A stretch of 64,000 nt of DNA from a candidate division FCPU426 bacterium (GTDB lineage Bacteria; Oederibacteriota; Muellerivitia; Muellerivitales; Muellerivitaceae), in contig CAWCKJ010000012.1 of NCBI GenBank assembly GCA_963796105.1, positions 32,001-96,000 on the forward strand, given 5' to 3'. Positions within the stretch are counted from its first letter, which is position 1. Each line of letters starts with the position of its first letter. Made by a program: the position numbers and the translations under genes. The notes beneath the pieces are model-generated. The model was not told the DNA's origin. It was given only the letters and a program-made list of their open reading frames with translations, and did not search any database. This document shows, one piece after another, positions 19,143 through 28,907 of the stretch.

Positions 19143-20165
19143 TCATCTCGTCTTGACGAGAACCATATCCCGATAGCGGAAATCCATGGTTCCTGCCTTC
19201 TTCCGTCTTTGGCTTAAATCACTCAAAACCAGCGCCATGCGCCTCAACTCCCTCTCCGTTACCTGCGGGTTGAAGACCGCAGTGATGCCGTCAATAAAAG
19301 TCACTTTCAATGAATCCGGCTCTCCCAGGCCCAATTCGGACACGTCCTGCGCCAGGACCGGATCCCGCTGCCGGATAAAATCTAGAAAATCAAGCGCGGG
19401 TTTAACCGCCTCCGCCATGCGCGTGGTTCCCATCGAGTCAGCCTCCACCTTCATCCCTGAAATCAAGGGCAAGTCCTCTTTCAGCAAAACGTCGGAAGGC
19501 GAGAACACCCGGCCACCTCGGTCCATTCCATACAAGGCCCCTGAATCCAATAGGGCGACCGGTTTCCTTTCCACGATTGAGATCAGGATAGTCTGGGGCA
19601 GACGTCGCTCCAGATATACACGGGCCACCCAATCTAATTCCCTCACCTTTTGCGCGGCCTCCTCCAGGTTCAACTTGAACATGTTCTCGCCCAAAGGCAG
19701 GGCGGCCCTCTGGATCACCTGTTCCTCGGTCAGGTAATGATTGCCTTGCACCAAAACTCTTGAAAGTTTCAAACCCGCCATGTCTTGCAAAAGCGCAGTA
19801 GCCTTGCTTTTAGACCATACAACACCCATGACGAGACCCGCCGCTACCAAGACTTTCACGGCCACATGTTTACCTTTCCATGAAGGAACCCGAAAAGAGC
19901 GGTTTCCCGGTCTTTCCGGGAATCGGGGCAGATCCCTCGGGGGCGTTATTCCCGGCCGGTAAAAGGCGTAAACCTTTTGGCGGTATGCCGAAGCGGGCGA
20001 AAAAGATTTTTTCCCATCCTTTGACCGCTTGGGTAGAAAACCCCCTTTCAACGATTTCAACGGCAGGGTGAACCTCCAACCCTTGTCCTCCTTTCCCAAC
20101 TTTTCAATACTGTGAAAGCGTGTTTTCCCGGGACCGGATGAAACCTGGCTTCCTCGGTATAGCAT
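19143..20165 (-). CDS. ftsQ: Cell division protein FtsQ/DivIB with long basic N-terminal tail
   Basis: TM then POTRA domain (VQGNHYLT...WVARVYLERRLPQTILISIVERKPVA), C-terminal MDFRYRD. Lies between ddl and ftsA. Confidence 0.9.
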   Translation of the reverse strand: MLYRGSQVSSGPGKTRFHSIEKLGKEDKGWRFTLPLKSLKGGFLPKRSKDGKKSFSPASAYRQKVYAFYRPGITPPRDLPRFPERPGNRSFRVPSWKGKHVAVKVLVAAGLVMGVVWSKSKATALLQDMAGLKLSRVLVQGNHYLTEEQVIQRAALPLGENMFKLNLEEAAQKVRELDWVARVYLERRLPQTILISIVERKPVALLDSGALYGMDRGGRVFSPSDVLLKEDLPLISGMKVEADSMGTTRMAEAVKPALDFLDFIRQRDPVLAQDVSELGLGEPDSLKVTFIDGITAVFNPQVTERELRRMALVLSDLSQRRKKAGTMDFRYRDMVLVKTR

Positions 20166-20170
20166 TTAAC

Positions 20171-21226
20171 TCACTCCCCCACAGCCAGAGGCCAGACCAT
20201 GCGGTTTTTTGTTTTCATCTCTGCTTTTCTTTTTTTCACGGCCATGCGCGTCAAAGTCGACAAAAGGCGCGGGAAGGAAATCCCCGCGGCCTTGGCGGCA
20301 TCCGGCACCAGGCTTGTGGATGTCATACCCGGCGCCGTATTTACTTCCAGAATCTGCGGCTCTCCATTTTCGGGGACGATGAAATCCACGCGGTAATAAT
20401 CCGAGCAACCCATGGATTTCCCCGCGAGGATGGCGTATTTCTTCACTTTCCGCTCCTGTTTCTTCTTTATTCTCGCTGGAATGAGATGCTCGGAATGCCC
20501 AGGGGTGTACTTGGCGTCAAAATCGTAAAATTCGTTTTTAGGCACGATTTCAATCACCGGCAGGGCTTTTCCGCCCAAAACTGTTACTGTCACCTCGATT
20601 CCAGGTATGAATTTCTCGAGGATGGCCCAGGAACTGAATTTTAAGGCCAGGCAAACCGCCTTCCCCAATTCTTTCCTGTCCCGAACGATGGTGACCCCGA
20701 TCGCCGAGCCGGTGTCCGCCGGTTTCACCACTAAGGGAGCGGCGATCTTGATTTCCTTCATCCAGTCCTTGCGGCTTGCGGTTGCATAAATGGCCTGCCA
20801 GGGTGCCGTGGGAATTCCGTTGGCCTCAAATACCAGTTTGGAACAGCCTTTATGCATGGCTAATCCGCAGGCAAGAGCGCCGGATCCCGTATAGGGGATT
20901 TCCATCCGGTCAAGAAGGGCTTGAAGGCTTCCATCCTCGCCAAAACCCCCGTGCAAAGCGATGAAAACAACGTCGAAATTCGCCGCCAGGAGGCGTTTTT
21001 CCAGCCTTCTTTCATTCTTATCCTCCGGTCCCAACATGAACACGGTCGCGTTCAAACCCGAAGCGCGCAGCCCCTCCACGACATTCCCGCCGGAAAGAAG
21101 AGAAATTTTTCTTTCCGGACTCCAACCACCCATCAGGACTCCAACTCTCATTTTGTTCCCCCTTGTTTTCATCCGGATTTTCGACCTGTTTTCTTTCCAT
21201 TCATTTTGATTCGTTATTCCATTCAT
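20171..21226 (-). CDS. ddl: D-alanine--D-alanine ligase
   Basis: VLMGGWSPERKISLLSG, ALHGGFGEDG, YTGSG, GSAIG, FYDFDAKY and LEVNTAPGMT. Confidence 0.97.
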   Translation of the reverse strand: MNGITNQNEWKENRSKIRMKTRGNKMRVGVLMGGWSPERKISLLSGGNVVEGLRASGLNATVFMLGPEDKNERRLEKRLLAANFDVVFIALHGGFGEDGSLQALLDRMEIPYTGSGALACGLAMHKGCSKLVFEANGIPTAPWQAIYATASRKDWMKEIKIAAPLVVKPADTGSAIGVTIVRDRKELGKAVCLALKFSSWAILEKFIPGIEVTVTVLGGKALPVIEIVPKNEFYDFDAKYTPGHSEHLIPARIKKKQERKVKKYAILAGKSMGCSDYYRVDFIVPENGEPQILEVNTAPGMTSTSLVPDAAKAAGISFPRLLSTLTRMAVKKRKAEMKTKNRMVWPLAVGE

Positions 21227-21264
21227 CCCTTGCCCCTAATCCTTTTCTAGCAACATCGCCGAAA

Positions 21265-22248
21265 CTATTTTTTGGAACTCCAAAATACGTCCTTGATCTC
21301 TTCCCAGACCCAGTCGCCCATGGGTACTATTTCTGGTTCCAGGCGGATTTGATATTGCTCCGACACTCTTCTTTGAATTTCCCTCATCACGGCCACAACG
21401 TCGTGAGCCGTGGCTCCTCCCTCGTTGGTGATGAAGTTGGCGTGAATCTCGCTGACCTTCGCTCCTCCCATCCGGAAACCTTTCAACCCGGCTGTTTCAA
21501 TCAACCTTCCGGCGAATTCCTTGTCCGGATTCTTAAAGACACTTCCCGCGTTTTTCTCGGTCCTGGGTTGTTTTCCCCTTCGATGCTTGAAATACTCCTT
21601 CACCTTTTTCTCGATTTCCGCGGGAGATTCCTTTTTCAGTTTCAACACGGCTTCCACCAGAACGTTTCCGCTTCCTTTAAGGGACGAATGACGGTAGCTA
21701 TAGTCAAAATCCCCTTTTTCCAGCTTCCGAACTTCACCCCTCGGAGTGATCACGGTGAGTTCCTCCACCAAGGAACCGATCCAGGCTTTTTTGGCCCCGG
21801 CGTTACCCACCACCGCCCCTCCCAAGGTACCGGGAATCCCGGCGAAGAATTCCACGCCTCCCAAACCCGCTTCCCGGGCCTTTTCCAGGACACTTACCAA
21901 CCGGGTTCCCCCTTTGGCCCTGACCCGGTCTCCCTCGATTCGTACCCCCTGGAATCCCCTCCCCAAGCGCACCACGACTCCATGGAAACCCTCATCCGCG
22001 AAAAGCACATTGCTTCCGCCGCCCAATAGCAGATAGGAAACCTGGGCGAGGGTCAGGCACCGCAGGAGGGTCTCCAAATCCTCAACCGACTGGGGTTCCG
22101 CGAAAACCGCGGCCTTTCCCCCGATGTGGTAGGTGGTGTAAGGCGCGATGGTGTGGTCCATCTCCACCTTTCCCTTGATAAGGTTTTGAAGCTCCCTGAA
22201 ATCCACTTTTTTCCTTTCCATCACTAACACGCTTGGCTTCTTTCTCAC
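21265..22248 (-). CDS. murB: UDP-N-acetylenolpyruvoylglucosamine reductase
   Basis: TTYHIGGKA, LGGGSNVL, GIPGTLGGAVVGNAGA, NAGSVFKNP and HANFI. Confidence 0.97.
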   Translation of the reverse strand: MRKKPSVLVMERKKVDFRELQNLIKGKVEMDHTIAPYTTYHIGGKAAVFAEPQSVEDLETLLRCLTLAQVSYLLLGGGSNVLFADEGFHGVVVRLGRGFQGVRIEGDRVRAKGGTRLVSVLEKAREAGLGGVEFFAGIPGTLGGAVVGNAGAKKAWIGSLVEELTVITPRGEVRKLEKGDFDYSYRHSSLKGSGNVLVEAVLKLKKESPAEIEKKVKEYFKHRRGKQPRTEKNAGSVFKNPDKEFAGRLIETAGLKGFRMGGAKVSEIHANFITNEGGATAHDVVAVMREIQRRVSEQYQIRLEPEIVPMGDWVWEEIKDVFWSSKK

Positions 22249-22274
22249 CGCCGGCAGGGCGGTCCGTCGATTTC

Positions 22275-23681
22275 TTATCCTTTATGTTTCTGGATAAGGT
22301 CATTTCCGATTTTCCAGATATCCCCCGCTCCCATGGTTATTAGAACGTATTTTTCGGTAAGGTGATTTTTCAAGTAATCCAACAGTCCCGCCCGGTCTTC
22401 GGCGTAAACAGCATGGGGATGCCCGTTTTCGCGTAGGGCTTCCACTAATGTTTTACCGGTAACCCCCGGGATTGGCTTCTCCCTGGAAGGATAAATGGCC
22501 GAGATGATGACCTCATCCGCGTCCCCGAAGGCCTTGCCAAACTTGTCCCGAAGAAGCTGGGTTCTTGAGAAAAGGTGCGGTTGAAAGACCACCAAGACTT
22601 TTTTTGAGGGACCCGCGAAATTTCGGACCGCCTTGAGCGTTTCCGAAACCGCGGTCGGGTGGTGAGCATAGTCATCCACGACCACCGCCCCTTTGAAAGA
22701 GCCCTTGACCTCGAAGCGCCGTTGGGCGCCGTGGAATTTCGCCAATCCACCGGCGATGTTTTTAAAAGATATCCTCAACTCGAGCCCCACAGCAACGGCC
22801 GCGAGGGCGTTCTTGATGTTGAATTTTCCCGGCACATTGAGTTTAACCATTCCCATCTTTTTTCCGTGGACCACAACCTCAAAGAAGGACCCGGATTTCT
22901 CAAGCTTGATCTTCCGGGCTGAGATCTGCGCCTTGGGTGTCACCCCATAAGTCGTCACCCGTCGCTGGACCTGTGGCAGGATCTGCTGAACCTGCTTGTC
23001 GTCGATTCCCAACACGACGCATCCATAGAATGGCACCTTATTGGAGAAAGCCACGAAGGCGTCCCGTACTTTCTCGATAGAGCCGTAATAATCTAGGTGG
23101 TCGTCGTCGATATTGGTCACCACGGAAATCATGGGAGAAAGAAGGAAAAATTCTCCGAAAGCCTCGCAGGCTTCCGCCACCAAATAGGGGCTATTGCCGA
23201 GTTTGGCGTTGGATTTGAATGCGTCCACTTGCCCCCCTATGACGAGGGTGGGATCCAAACGGGCCTCGGTCATGATCAGCCCCACCATGGAAGTAGTGGT
23301 GGTTTTGCCGTGGGTTCCCGAAACGGCGATGCCAAATTTCAATCGCATCAGTTCCGCCAGCATCTCGGTTCGGGGGATGACAGGTATGGATTTTTTCCGG
23401 GCTTCCAGAATTTCCGGATTGTCAGACGGAACTGCGGCTGAATAGACCGCGACATCCGCGCCAGCAACGTTTCCTGATTTGTGGGTGAAGTGTATCCTTG
23501 CCCCCATTTGCGCCAGCCTTTGCGTGGTCTCAGAGGCTTTAAGGTCGGAACCCGTGACTTCGTATTTGAGGCTCAAGAGCACCGCGGCAATACCGCTCAT
23601 GCCAGCTCCCCCGATGCCGATGAAATGCACCCGTTTCACCGCCCCAAAAGGCTGGGTTAGAATTCCGAATGACGGCTTCAT
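22275..23681 (-). CDS. murC: UDP-N-acetylmuramate--L-alanine ligase
   Basis: HFIGIGGAGMSGIA, GTHGKTTTT, DDYAHHPT, FQPH and MGAGDI. Confidence 0.98.
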   Translation of the reverse strand: MKPSFGILTQPFGAVKRVHFIGIGGAGMSGIAAVLLSLKYEVTGSDLKASETTQRLAQMGARIHFTHKSGNVAGADVAVYSAAVPSDNPEILEARKKSIPVIPRTEMLAELMRLKFGIAVSGTHGKTTTTSMVGLIMTEARLDPTLVIGGQVDAFKSNAKLGNSPYLVAEACEAFGEFFLLSPMISVVTNIDDDHLDYYGSIEKVRDAFVAFSNKVPFYGCVVLGIDDKQVQQILPQVQRRVTTYGVTPKAQISARKIKLEKSGSFFEVVVHGKKMGMVKLNVPGKFNIKNALAAVAVGLELRISFKNIAGGLAKFHGAQRRFEVKGSFKGAVVVDDYAHHPTAVSETLKAVRNFAGPSKKVLVVFQPHLFSRTQLLRDKFGKAFGDADEVIISAIYPSREKPIPGVTGKTLVEALRENGHPHAVYAEDRAGLLDYLKNHLTEKYVLITMGAGDIWKIGNDLIQKHKG

Positions 23682-24796
23682 GATGGATTCCTCTCATTTA
23701 TATTGATTTCCACCATTTCAAAAATCTCTCTAGCGATTTGCCGGGCCGCTTCGGGTTTGGCCAGTAATGCCGCGGCTTGTCCCATGGTTTTGAGCTTTTC
23801 CTCGGCCGACAAAAGGGCGATCAAAGTTCTGCTGAGCATTTCTTCACCCAATTCCTTCTCCAAAATCACGACTGCGGCGCCTGCCGCCTCAAGAGCCCTC
23901 GCGTTCTTCTCCTGGTGTCCGGAAGCGTGCGGATAGGGTATAAAGAGGGCGGGAAGGCCCCGGCTGACGACCTCCGCGCAGGTCAGGGCTCCCGAGCGCG
24001 CCACCACCAAGTCCGCGACCGCATAAGCTTCCTGAATATTCCCGAAAAAAGGCCGGACGACCATTCGGATCGGGCATTTTTCCAACTGATCCACGGTTCT
24101 GCGGTAGTCGGCGGTTCCTGTCATCATGAGAACCTGGACCCGATGCCCCCCTTCCCCCAGAAAAAGAATGGCATCGGCCATGATTTGGTTCAAAAGCCTG
24201 GCTCCCTGGCTCCCGCCCATCATCAAAACGTTCTTGAACCCGGGAAAAAGTTTGAAATTCTCCAGCGCTCGGCTCCTCTCCGCCGCCCTGATTTCCTCCC
24301 TGACAGGTATTCCCGTCCATTGGGCCCTCCCCTTGCCGAAATTTTTAAGTGTCTCCTCAAATCCAACGAATATTTTTCTTGAAAACCTGCTGGAAAATTT
24401 AGCGCCGAGGCCTGGAATGACATTGGGCTCCAGTAATCCCACTGGTATGCCCCGGGAGGCCGCGACCAAGGAAACGGGAACCGAAACATAGCCCCCCGTG
24501 GAAAAAACCGCGTCAGGCTTGAAGGAAGCCACCAGCTCACGGGCTTGTTTTAGCCCCGCGAAAAAATCGTATCCGAAAGTGATATATTTCCAGGATGGCC
24601 TCCTGGGAAAACCGCTCGCAGGAATACCCTCGAAAAGAAGCCCCGCTTCAGGCACCCATTTCTCCTCTGGCCCGTTTTTTTTGCCCACAAATAACACGAC
24701 CACCTCCGGGTTTTTCATCAATTCCTTCGCTACCGCTATTCCGGGAAATACATGCCCCCCGGTGCCACCGCCGGTAATGATGAATCGCTTCATCAT
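23678..24796 (-). CDS. murG: Lipid II GlcNAc transferase MurG
   Basis: TGGGTGGHVFPG, TGGYVS, GGSQGA, RSGA and HQEKNA. Confidence 0.98.
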   Translation of the reverse strand: MMKRFIITGGGTGGHVFPGIAVAKELMKNPEVVVLFVGKKNGPEEKWVPEAGLLFEGIPASGFPRRPSWKYITFGYDFFAGLKQARELVASFKPDAVFSTGGYVSVPVSLVAASRGIPVGLLEPNVIPGLGAKFSSRFSRKIFVGFEETLKNFGKGRAQWTGIPVREEIRAAERSRALENFKLFPGFKNVLMMGGSQGARLLNQIMADAILFLGEGGHRVQVLMMTGTADYRRTVDQLEKCPIRMVVRPFFGNIQEAYAVADLVVARSGALTCAEVVSRGLPALFIPYPHASGHQEKNARALEAAGAAVVILEKELGEEMLSRTLIALLSAEEKLKTMGQAAALLAKPEAARQIAREIFEMVEININERNPS

Positions 24797-24872
24797 GACC
24801 GTCCGCCGTGAATAAAAAGACCCGGGCCGACTTCGACCGGGAAATACATATCGATCTTCTTCAATAAGGGGG

Positions 24873-26027
24873 TCATCCTGCCGCCTCCTGGGATTGGCTC
24901 AAGGGCGACGGCAGCTTGGTTCCCCGGGAGATATTGAGCAGAAAACCGATCGAGATCAGAGTAAAAACCATGGAAGAACCGCCGTAGGATATGAGCGGAA
25001 GGGGTATTCCTTTGGTGGGAAACATTCCCGTCACCACTCCCAGATTCACTAGGGCTTGGAACCCGATCAAGGCCGTGATGCCAGCCGCCATCAATCCCGG
25101 GAAGAATCCTCCCTCTCTCCGGCTGACGACTCGCGCGACCTTGAATCCCCGCAAAATGAAAAAGGCGAAAAGAATCACCAAGGCCCCGGCTCCCACAAGA
25201 CCTAATTCCTCGGCGATAATTGCGAATATAAAATCCGTGTGTGGCTCAGGAAGATAAAAAAGCTTTTGGGAACTGTTGGAGAGTCCCACGCCAAAGGGTC
25301 CCCCGTTTCCAACCGCGATTAGGCTTTGAATCAGCTGGAATCCCGCCCCCTGCGGATCGTCCCAGGGATGAAGAAAGGACAAAATACGGACAACGCGGTA
25401 ATGGACGGATTCAACCAGGTACCAAAGCGCCGGTCCTGAAATAAAGAGGGGAATCAAGAATATCTTCCATGCCATTCCCGCCAAAAAGAGCGAAAGAATG
25501 GTCACCAGGGCCAGGAGTACCGCCGTTCCGAAGTCGTGCTGTTTATTCAAGAGCAGTACGCAGATGGCTAACAGAACCAAATATGGGAAAAGGCCAGCCA
25601 TGCTTCCCAAAGTCTGCCGGCGGCGGTCCAGGGAATCGGCAAGATAGAAAACAAGGGCGATCTTCAAAATTTCAGACGGTTGAAAGGAAAAGAATCCCAG
25701 CCGGATCCACCTTTGGGCTCCGTTGACTGTTTTTCCGATACCCGGAACACAAACTAGGACCATTAAGGCCAATGATAGGAAAAGACCCAGGATGGCGACG
25801 TTCCGAAACTTTTCCAGGTCAACCTTCGAAGCGACGAATAGCCCCAGGCTCCCGACCGTCACCCAGAGAAGCTGGTGGAGGAAGAAATAAGATGAGTTTC
25901 CATAATGATCGTGCGCTAGGATGGCGGAGGCGCTGTAAACCATGATCAGCCCGACCGTAACCAGGACAAGCGTCAGGAGGAAAAGGAAAAAATCCGGTGA
26001 TGCTTGTTTTTTTAAACTAAAAGCCAT
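24873..26027 (-). CDS. ftsW: SEDS peptidoglycan glycosyltransferase FtsW
   Basis: MVYSAS, GAQRWI, FQPSE, YLPEPHTDFIFAIIAEELG and LPLISYGGSS. Confidence 0.97.
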   Translation of the reverse strand: MAFSLKKQASPDFFLFLLTLVLVTVGLIMVYSASAILAHDHYGNSSYFFLHQLLWVTVGSLGLFVASKVDLEKFRNVAILGLFLSLALMVLVCVPGIGKTVNGAQRWIRLGFFSFQPSEILKIALVFYLADSLDRRRQTLGSMAGLFPYLVLLAICVLLLNKQHDFGTAVLLALVTILSLFLAGMAWKIFLIPLFISGPALWYLVESVHYRVVRILSFLHPWDDPQGAGFQLIQSLIAVGNGGPFGVGLSNSSQKLFYLPEPHTDFIFAIIAEELGLVGAGALVILFAFFILRGFKVARVVSRREGGFFPGLMAAGITALIGFQALVNLGVVTGMFPTKGIPLPLISYGGSSMVFTLISIGFLLNISRGTKLPSPLSQSQEAAG

Positions 26028-26319
26028 GAATTTCTCCAGAATTCGATTGATCCATCCGGTTCATTTGGCGCTTCTCGGTTTCGGCTTCAACCTTCCGTTC
26101 GGATTCCGAGCGGGATGTCGAAGGTGTGGGAAGAGTGTGGGAAGCGTTGTCGTCAGAATCCGAGCGCAGGGATGAAGCCTCCTTTCCGGTTGCCCAAATT
26201 TGAATAACCTCTTTTCCCAATCGGAGTTCCGTCAGCCTCTCCGGAATCCGGGGGCTTTCCAAATGCATCGCGTCGTGGATACGCCGCGACTCACTCGGCT
26301 CCAAGTGGATAAATAACAT
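26017..26319 (-). CDS. Hypothetical protein inserted between murD and ftsW
   Basis: ATG overlaps the murD stop (TGATG) and the stop overlaps the ftsW start, so it fills the gap exactly. No recognisable motif. Confidence 0.5.
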   Translation of the reverse strand: MLFIHLEPSESRRIHDAMHLESPRIPERLTELRLGKEVIQIWATGKEASSLRSDSDDNASHTLPTPSTSRSESERKVEAETEKRQMNRMDQSNSGEIHGF

Positions 26320-27755
26320 CAATGGTTCCCCTTTCTGTCTGCCGGTGGATTTTGCACTTGGCGGTTTTTCGGATTCGTCTTCATTTCGGCCAGTTTTCTC
26401 ACGACAGCCTTGAACTTCCTGCCCCTATCCTCGTAGTTCTCAAACATGTCAAAACTGGCGCATCCGGGCGAGAAGAGCACCACACCCCCTTTTTCGCAGG
26501 ACGTAAAAGCCCCTTGAACCGTTTCCTCCAAGCCTTCCGCCTCTACCACCGTCGCGGCCCCGGACAATTGCTGAACTACTTTGCGTTTGCACTCTCCGAA
26601 AGCCACCACCCGTGAAACCCTCTCCCGCACCAAGGGGGCCAAACGCGTGAAATCCCCCGCCTTATCCCTTCCCCCGAGGATCAATACGATGGGTCTCTCG
26701 AAACTTTGCAGAGCCTTCACCACCGAGTCGACATTGGTTCCCTTGGAATCGTTGACGAACCTCACGCCCTCAACTTCCCCCGCCGGTTCCAGTCTGTGCT
26801 CGACGCCGGGAAACTCCGCCAGGGTGGAGGCGATAATCCCGTCCGGCACGCCGCAGAGTGAGGCGGTGAGCGCCGCCGCGCAAGCGTTTTCCAAATTGTG
26901 GGGACCGGGAATCTTCAATTCGGAAGTGTGGATGAGGCGTCGTCCTAGAAGTTCGATCCGATCCCCAACAACGTAACATCCGGGTTTACCGGCATTACGG
27001 ACGTTCTCGATAAAACCGAATAAGTAAATCCTGCTTTGGACCAAGCTGGCGTAGATGGGGGTGTACTTGTCGGATATATTCAGAAGAGCCGCGTCATCGG
27101 GTCTTTGGTTCTGAAAAATCTTTCCTTTGGTTTCCACGTAGGACTGCATACTGGGATGCCGGTCCAAGTGGTCAGGCGTCACGTTCAGGATGGAAGCAAC
27201 TTGGGGCCGGAATTCTTGAATGGTCTCCAGCTGGAAACTCGAGACCTCCAGGACCGCCCAATCGTTAGCGGAAAGCTCAAAAACAGCCTCCGCGAAAGCC
27301 TTGCCGATGTTGCCGCAGGCTGCCGCTCCCTTTCCGGAATTACCGATCATGGCTGCGGTCAGGGTGGTGGTGGTAGTCTTGCCGTTCGTGCCGGTGATGG
27401 CCGCCACCGGCGCCTGGCAATATCCGAAAGCCAGTTCCATTTCTCCGATCACTGGAATTCCCTTTTCACGGGCCCTTTCCAGGGCCAGATGGCTGAAGGG
27501 AACCCCCGGGGAAACCACCACGAGATCGGAATTGCACACTGGGACTGGGTCGATCCCCCCCAGGATGAGCTTGGCGTGGGCAAGGTCCTTGGCCTTGTCC
27601 AACCAGGCAGAAAGTTTCTCTGGAGTCTTGTCGTCCAGGATTAGGACACGGGCTCCATGCACAGACAAAAGTCGCGCAGCTGCGTATCCGGACCGCCCCA
27701 ACCCTATAACCGCCGCTTGCTTTCCATGGACGTATTGCAATTGATTCCGCTCCAA
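26319..27755 (-). CDS. murD: UDP-MurNAc-L-Ala--D-glutamate ligase
   Basis: VVVSPGV, ITGTNGKTTTT, EVSSFQL, DHLDRH, VNDSKGTN and SPGCASFDMF. Confidence 0.98.
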   Translation of the reverse strand: MERNQLQYVHGKQAAVIGLGRSGYAAARLLSVHGARVLILDDKTPEKLSAWLDKAKDLAHAKLILGGIDPVPVCNSDLVVVSPGVPFSHLALERAREKGIPVIGEMELAFGYCQAPVAAITGTNGKTTTTTLTAAMIGNSGKGAAACGNIGKAFAEAVFELSANDWAVLEVSSFQLETIQEFRPQVASILNVTPDHLDRHPSMQSYVETKGKIFQNQRPDDAALLNISDKYTPIYASLVQSRIYLFGFIENVRNAGKPGCYVVGDRIELLGRRLIHTSELKIPGPHNLENACAAALTASLCGVPDGIIASTLAEFPGVEHRLEPAGEVEGVRFVNDSKGTNVDSVVKALQSFERPIVLILGGRDKAGDFTRLAPLVRERVSRVVAFGECKRKVVQQLSGAATVVEAEGLEETVQGAFTSCEKGGVVLFSPGCASFDMFENYEDRGRKFKAVVRKLAEMKTNPKNRQVQNPPADRKGNH

Positions 27756-27792
27756 TTCTTGGTTTTTACGCGCCCTCCCGGGCGTTTCTTAA

Positions 27793-28881
27793 CTAACGCA
27801 GTTTCAGGGTGCTCAAGGTCAACAAAGTCAGGATGATGGCGACAATCCAGAACCTCACGATCAATTTGGACTCTGGTACGCCTGAAAGCTCGAAATGATG
27901 GTGCAGCGGCGCCATTTTAAAGACCCTTTTCCCGCTCACCTTGAACGATGTCACTTGAATGATGACCGAAAGGGCTTCAGCCACGAAAATGCCGCCCACG
28001 ATGATCAGGAGAATCTCCTGTTTCACCATGACCGCGATGGTTCCCAGGAGGCCGCCCAGGGCAAGGGAGCCCGTGTCGCCCATGAAAACTTGCGCCGGGT
28101 GAGCGTTGAACCAAAGGAAGCCGAGGCAAGCCCCCGCCAGCGACGCGCAGACCACCGTCAACTCTCCGGCCCCGGGCACCGTGATGATCTTGAGATACTC
28201 GCTGAATTTAACATTCCCGGAAACGTAGGTGATAACCACGAAGGCCATAGCCGCGAAAATGGTGCACCCCACGGCGAGACCGTCCAATCCGTCTGTCAGG
28301 TTGACCGCATTGGAGGCGCTCACTATCACGAAAACGGCGAAGAAGGGATAAACGACATCCAGGTTCAGGGGATGCTTAAAAAACGGAAGGGTGATGCATG
28401 TCTTCAAGTGGAAATCATCGGGAAGTACTGAAAGGTAAAAAAAGACGATGATCATGGCCCCGAATGCCTGAAAAATTAGTTTCCACAAACCCGGAATGCC
28501 CCGAGACTTTCCGATCCCTTTGAGTTTCAAGAGATCGTCCACGGTTCCCAACGCCCCGAACCATAGGATGGAAAATACGCTCAGCCAGAAGAGTTTGGAA
28601 TCCCACCGCACCCATAAAAGAATGCTGATGAGAAGGGTCAGGAGAATCAGGATTCCACCCATGGTTGGGGTTCCCGCCTTGGAGGAATGAGCCGCTGGTC
28701 CGTCCGCCCTAATTTTCTCCCCTAATTGGGCGGCTCTGATCCTAGCGATAACCCCCCCGCCAAAAGCCAAACAAAGGCCGAACGCCGAAACCGCCGCGTA
28801 CACACTGCGGAAAGTCACGTAACGGAAGACATTGAAGCCAATGAATTTCCCGGCTAACGGATAGAGTAGGTGGTATAGCAC
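27793..28881 (-). CDS. mraY: Phospho-N-acetylmuramoyl-pentapeptide transferase
   Basis: KAGTPTMGG, NAVNLTDGLDGLA, VFMGDTGS and MAPLHHHFE. Confidence 0.99.
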   Translation of the reverse strand: MLYHLLYPLAGKFIGFNVFRYVTFRSVYAAVSAFGLCLAFGGGVIARIRAAQLGEKIRADGPAAHSSKAGTPTMGGILILLTLLISILLWVRWDSKLFWLSVFSILWFGALGTVDDLLKLKGIGKSRGIPGLWKLIFQAFGAMIIVFFYLSVLPDDFHLKTCITLPFFKHPLNLDVVYPFFAVFVIVSASNAVNLTDGLDGLAVGCTIFAAMAFVVITYVSGNVKFSEYLKIITVPGAGELTVVCASLAGACLGFLWFNAHPAQVFMGDTGSLALGGLLGTIAVMVKQEILLIIVGGIFVAEALSVIIQVTSFKVSGKRVFKMAPLHHHFELSGVPESKLIVRFWIVAIILTLLTLSTLKLR

Positions 28882-28907
28882 TTTATCTCCTTAAACCCTG
28901 AAATTTC

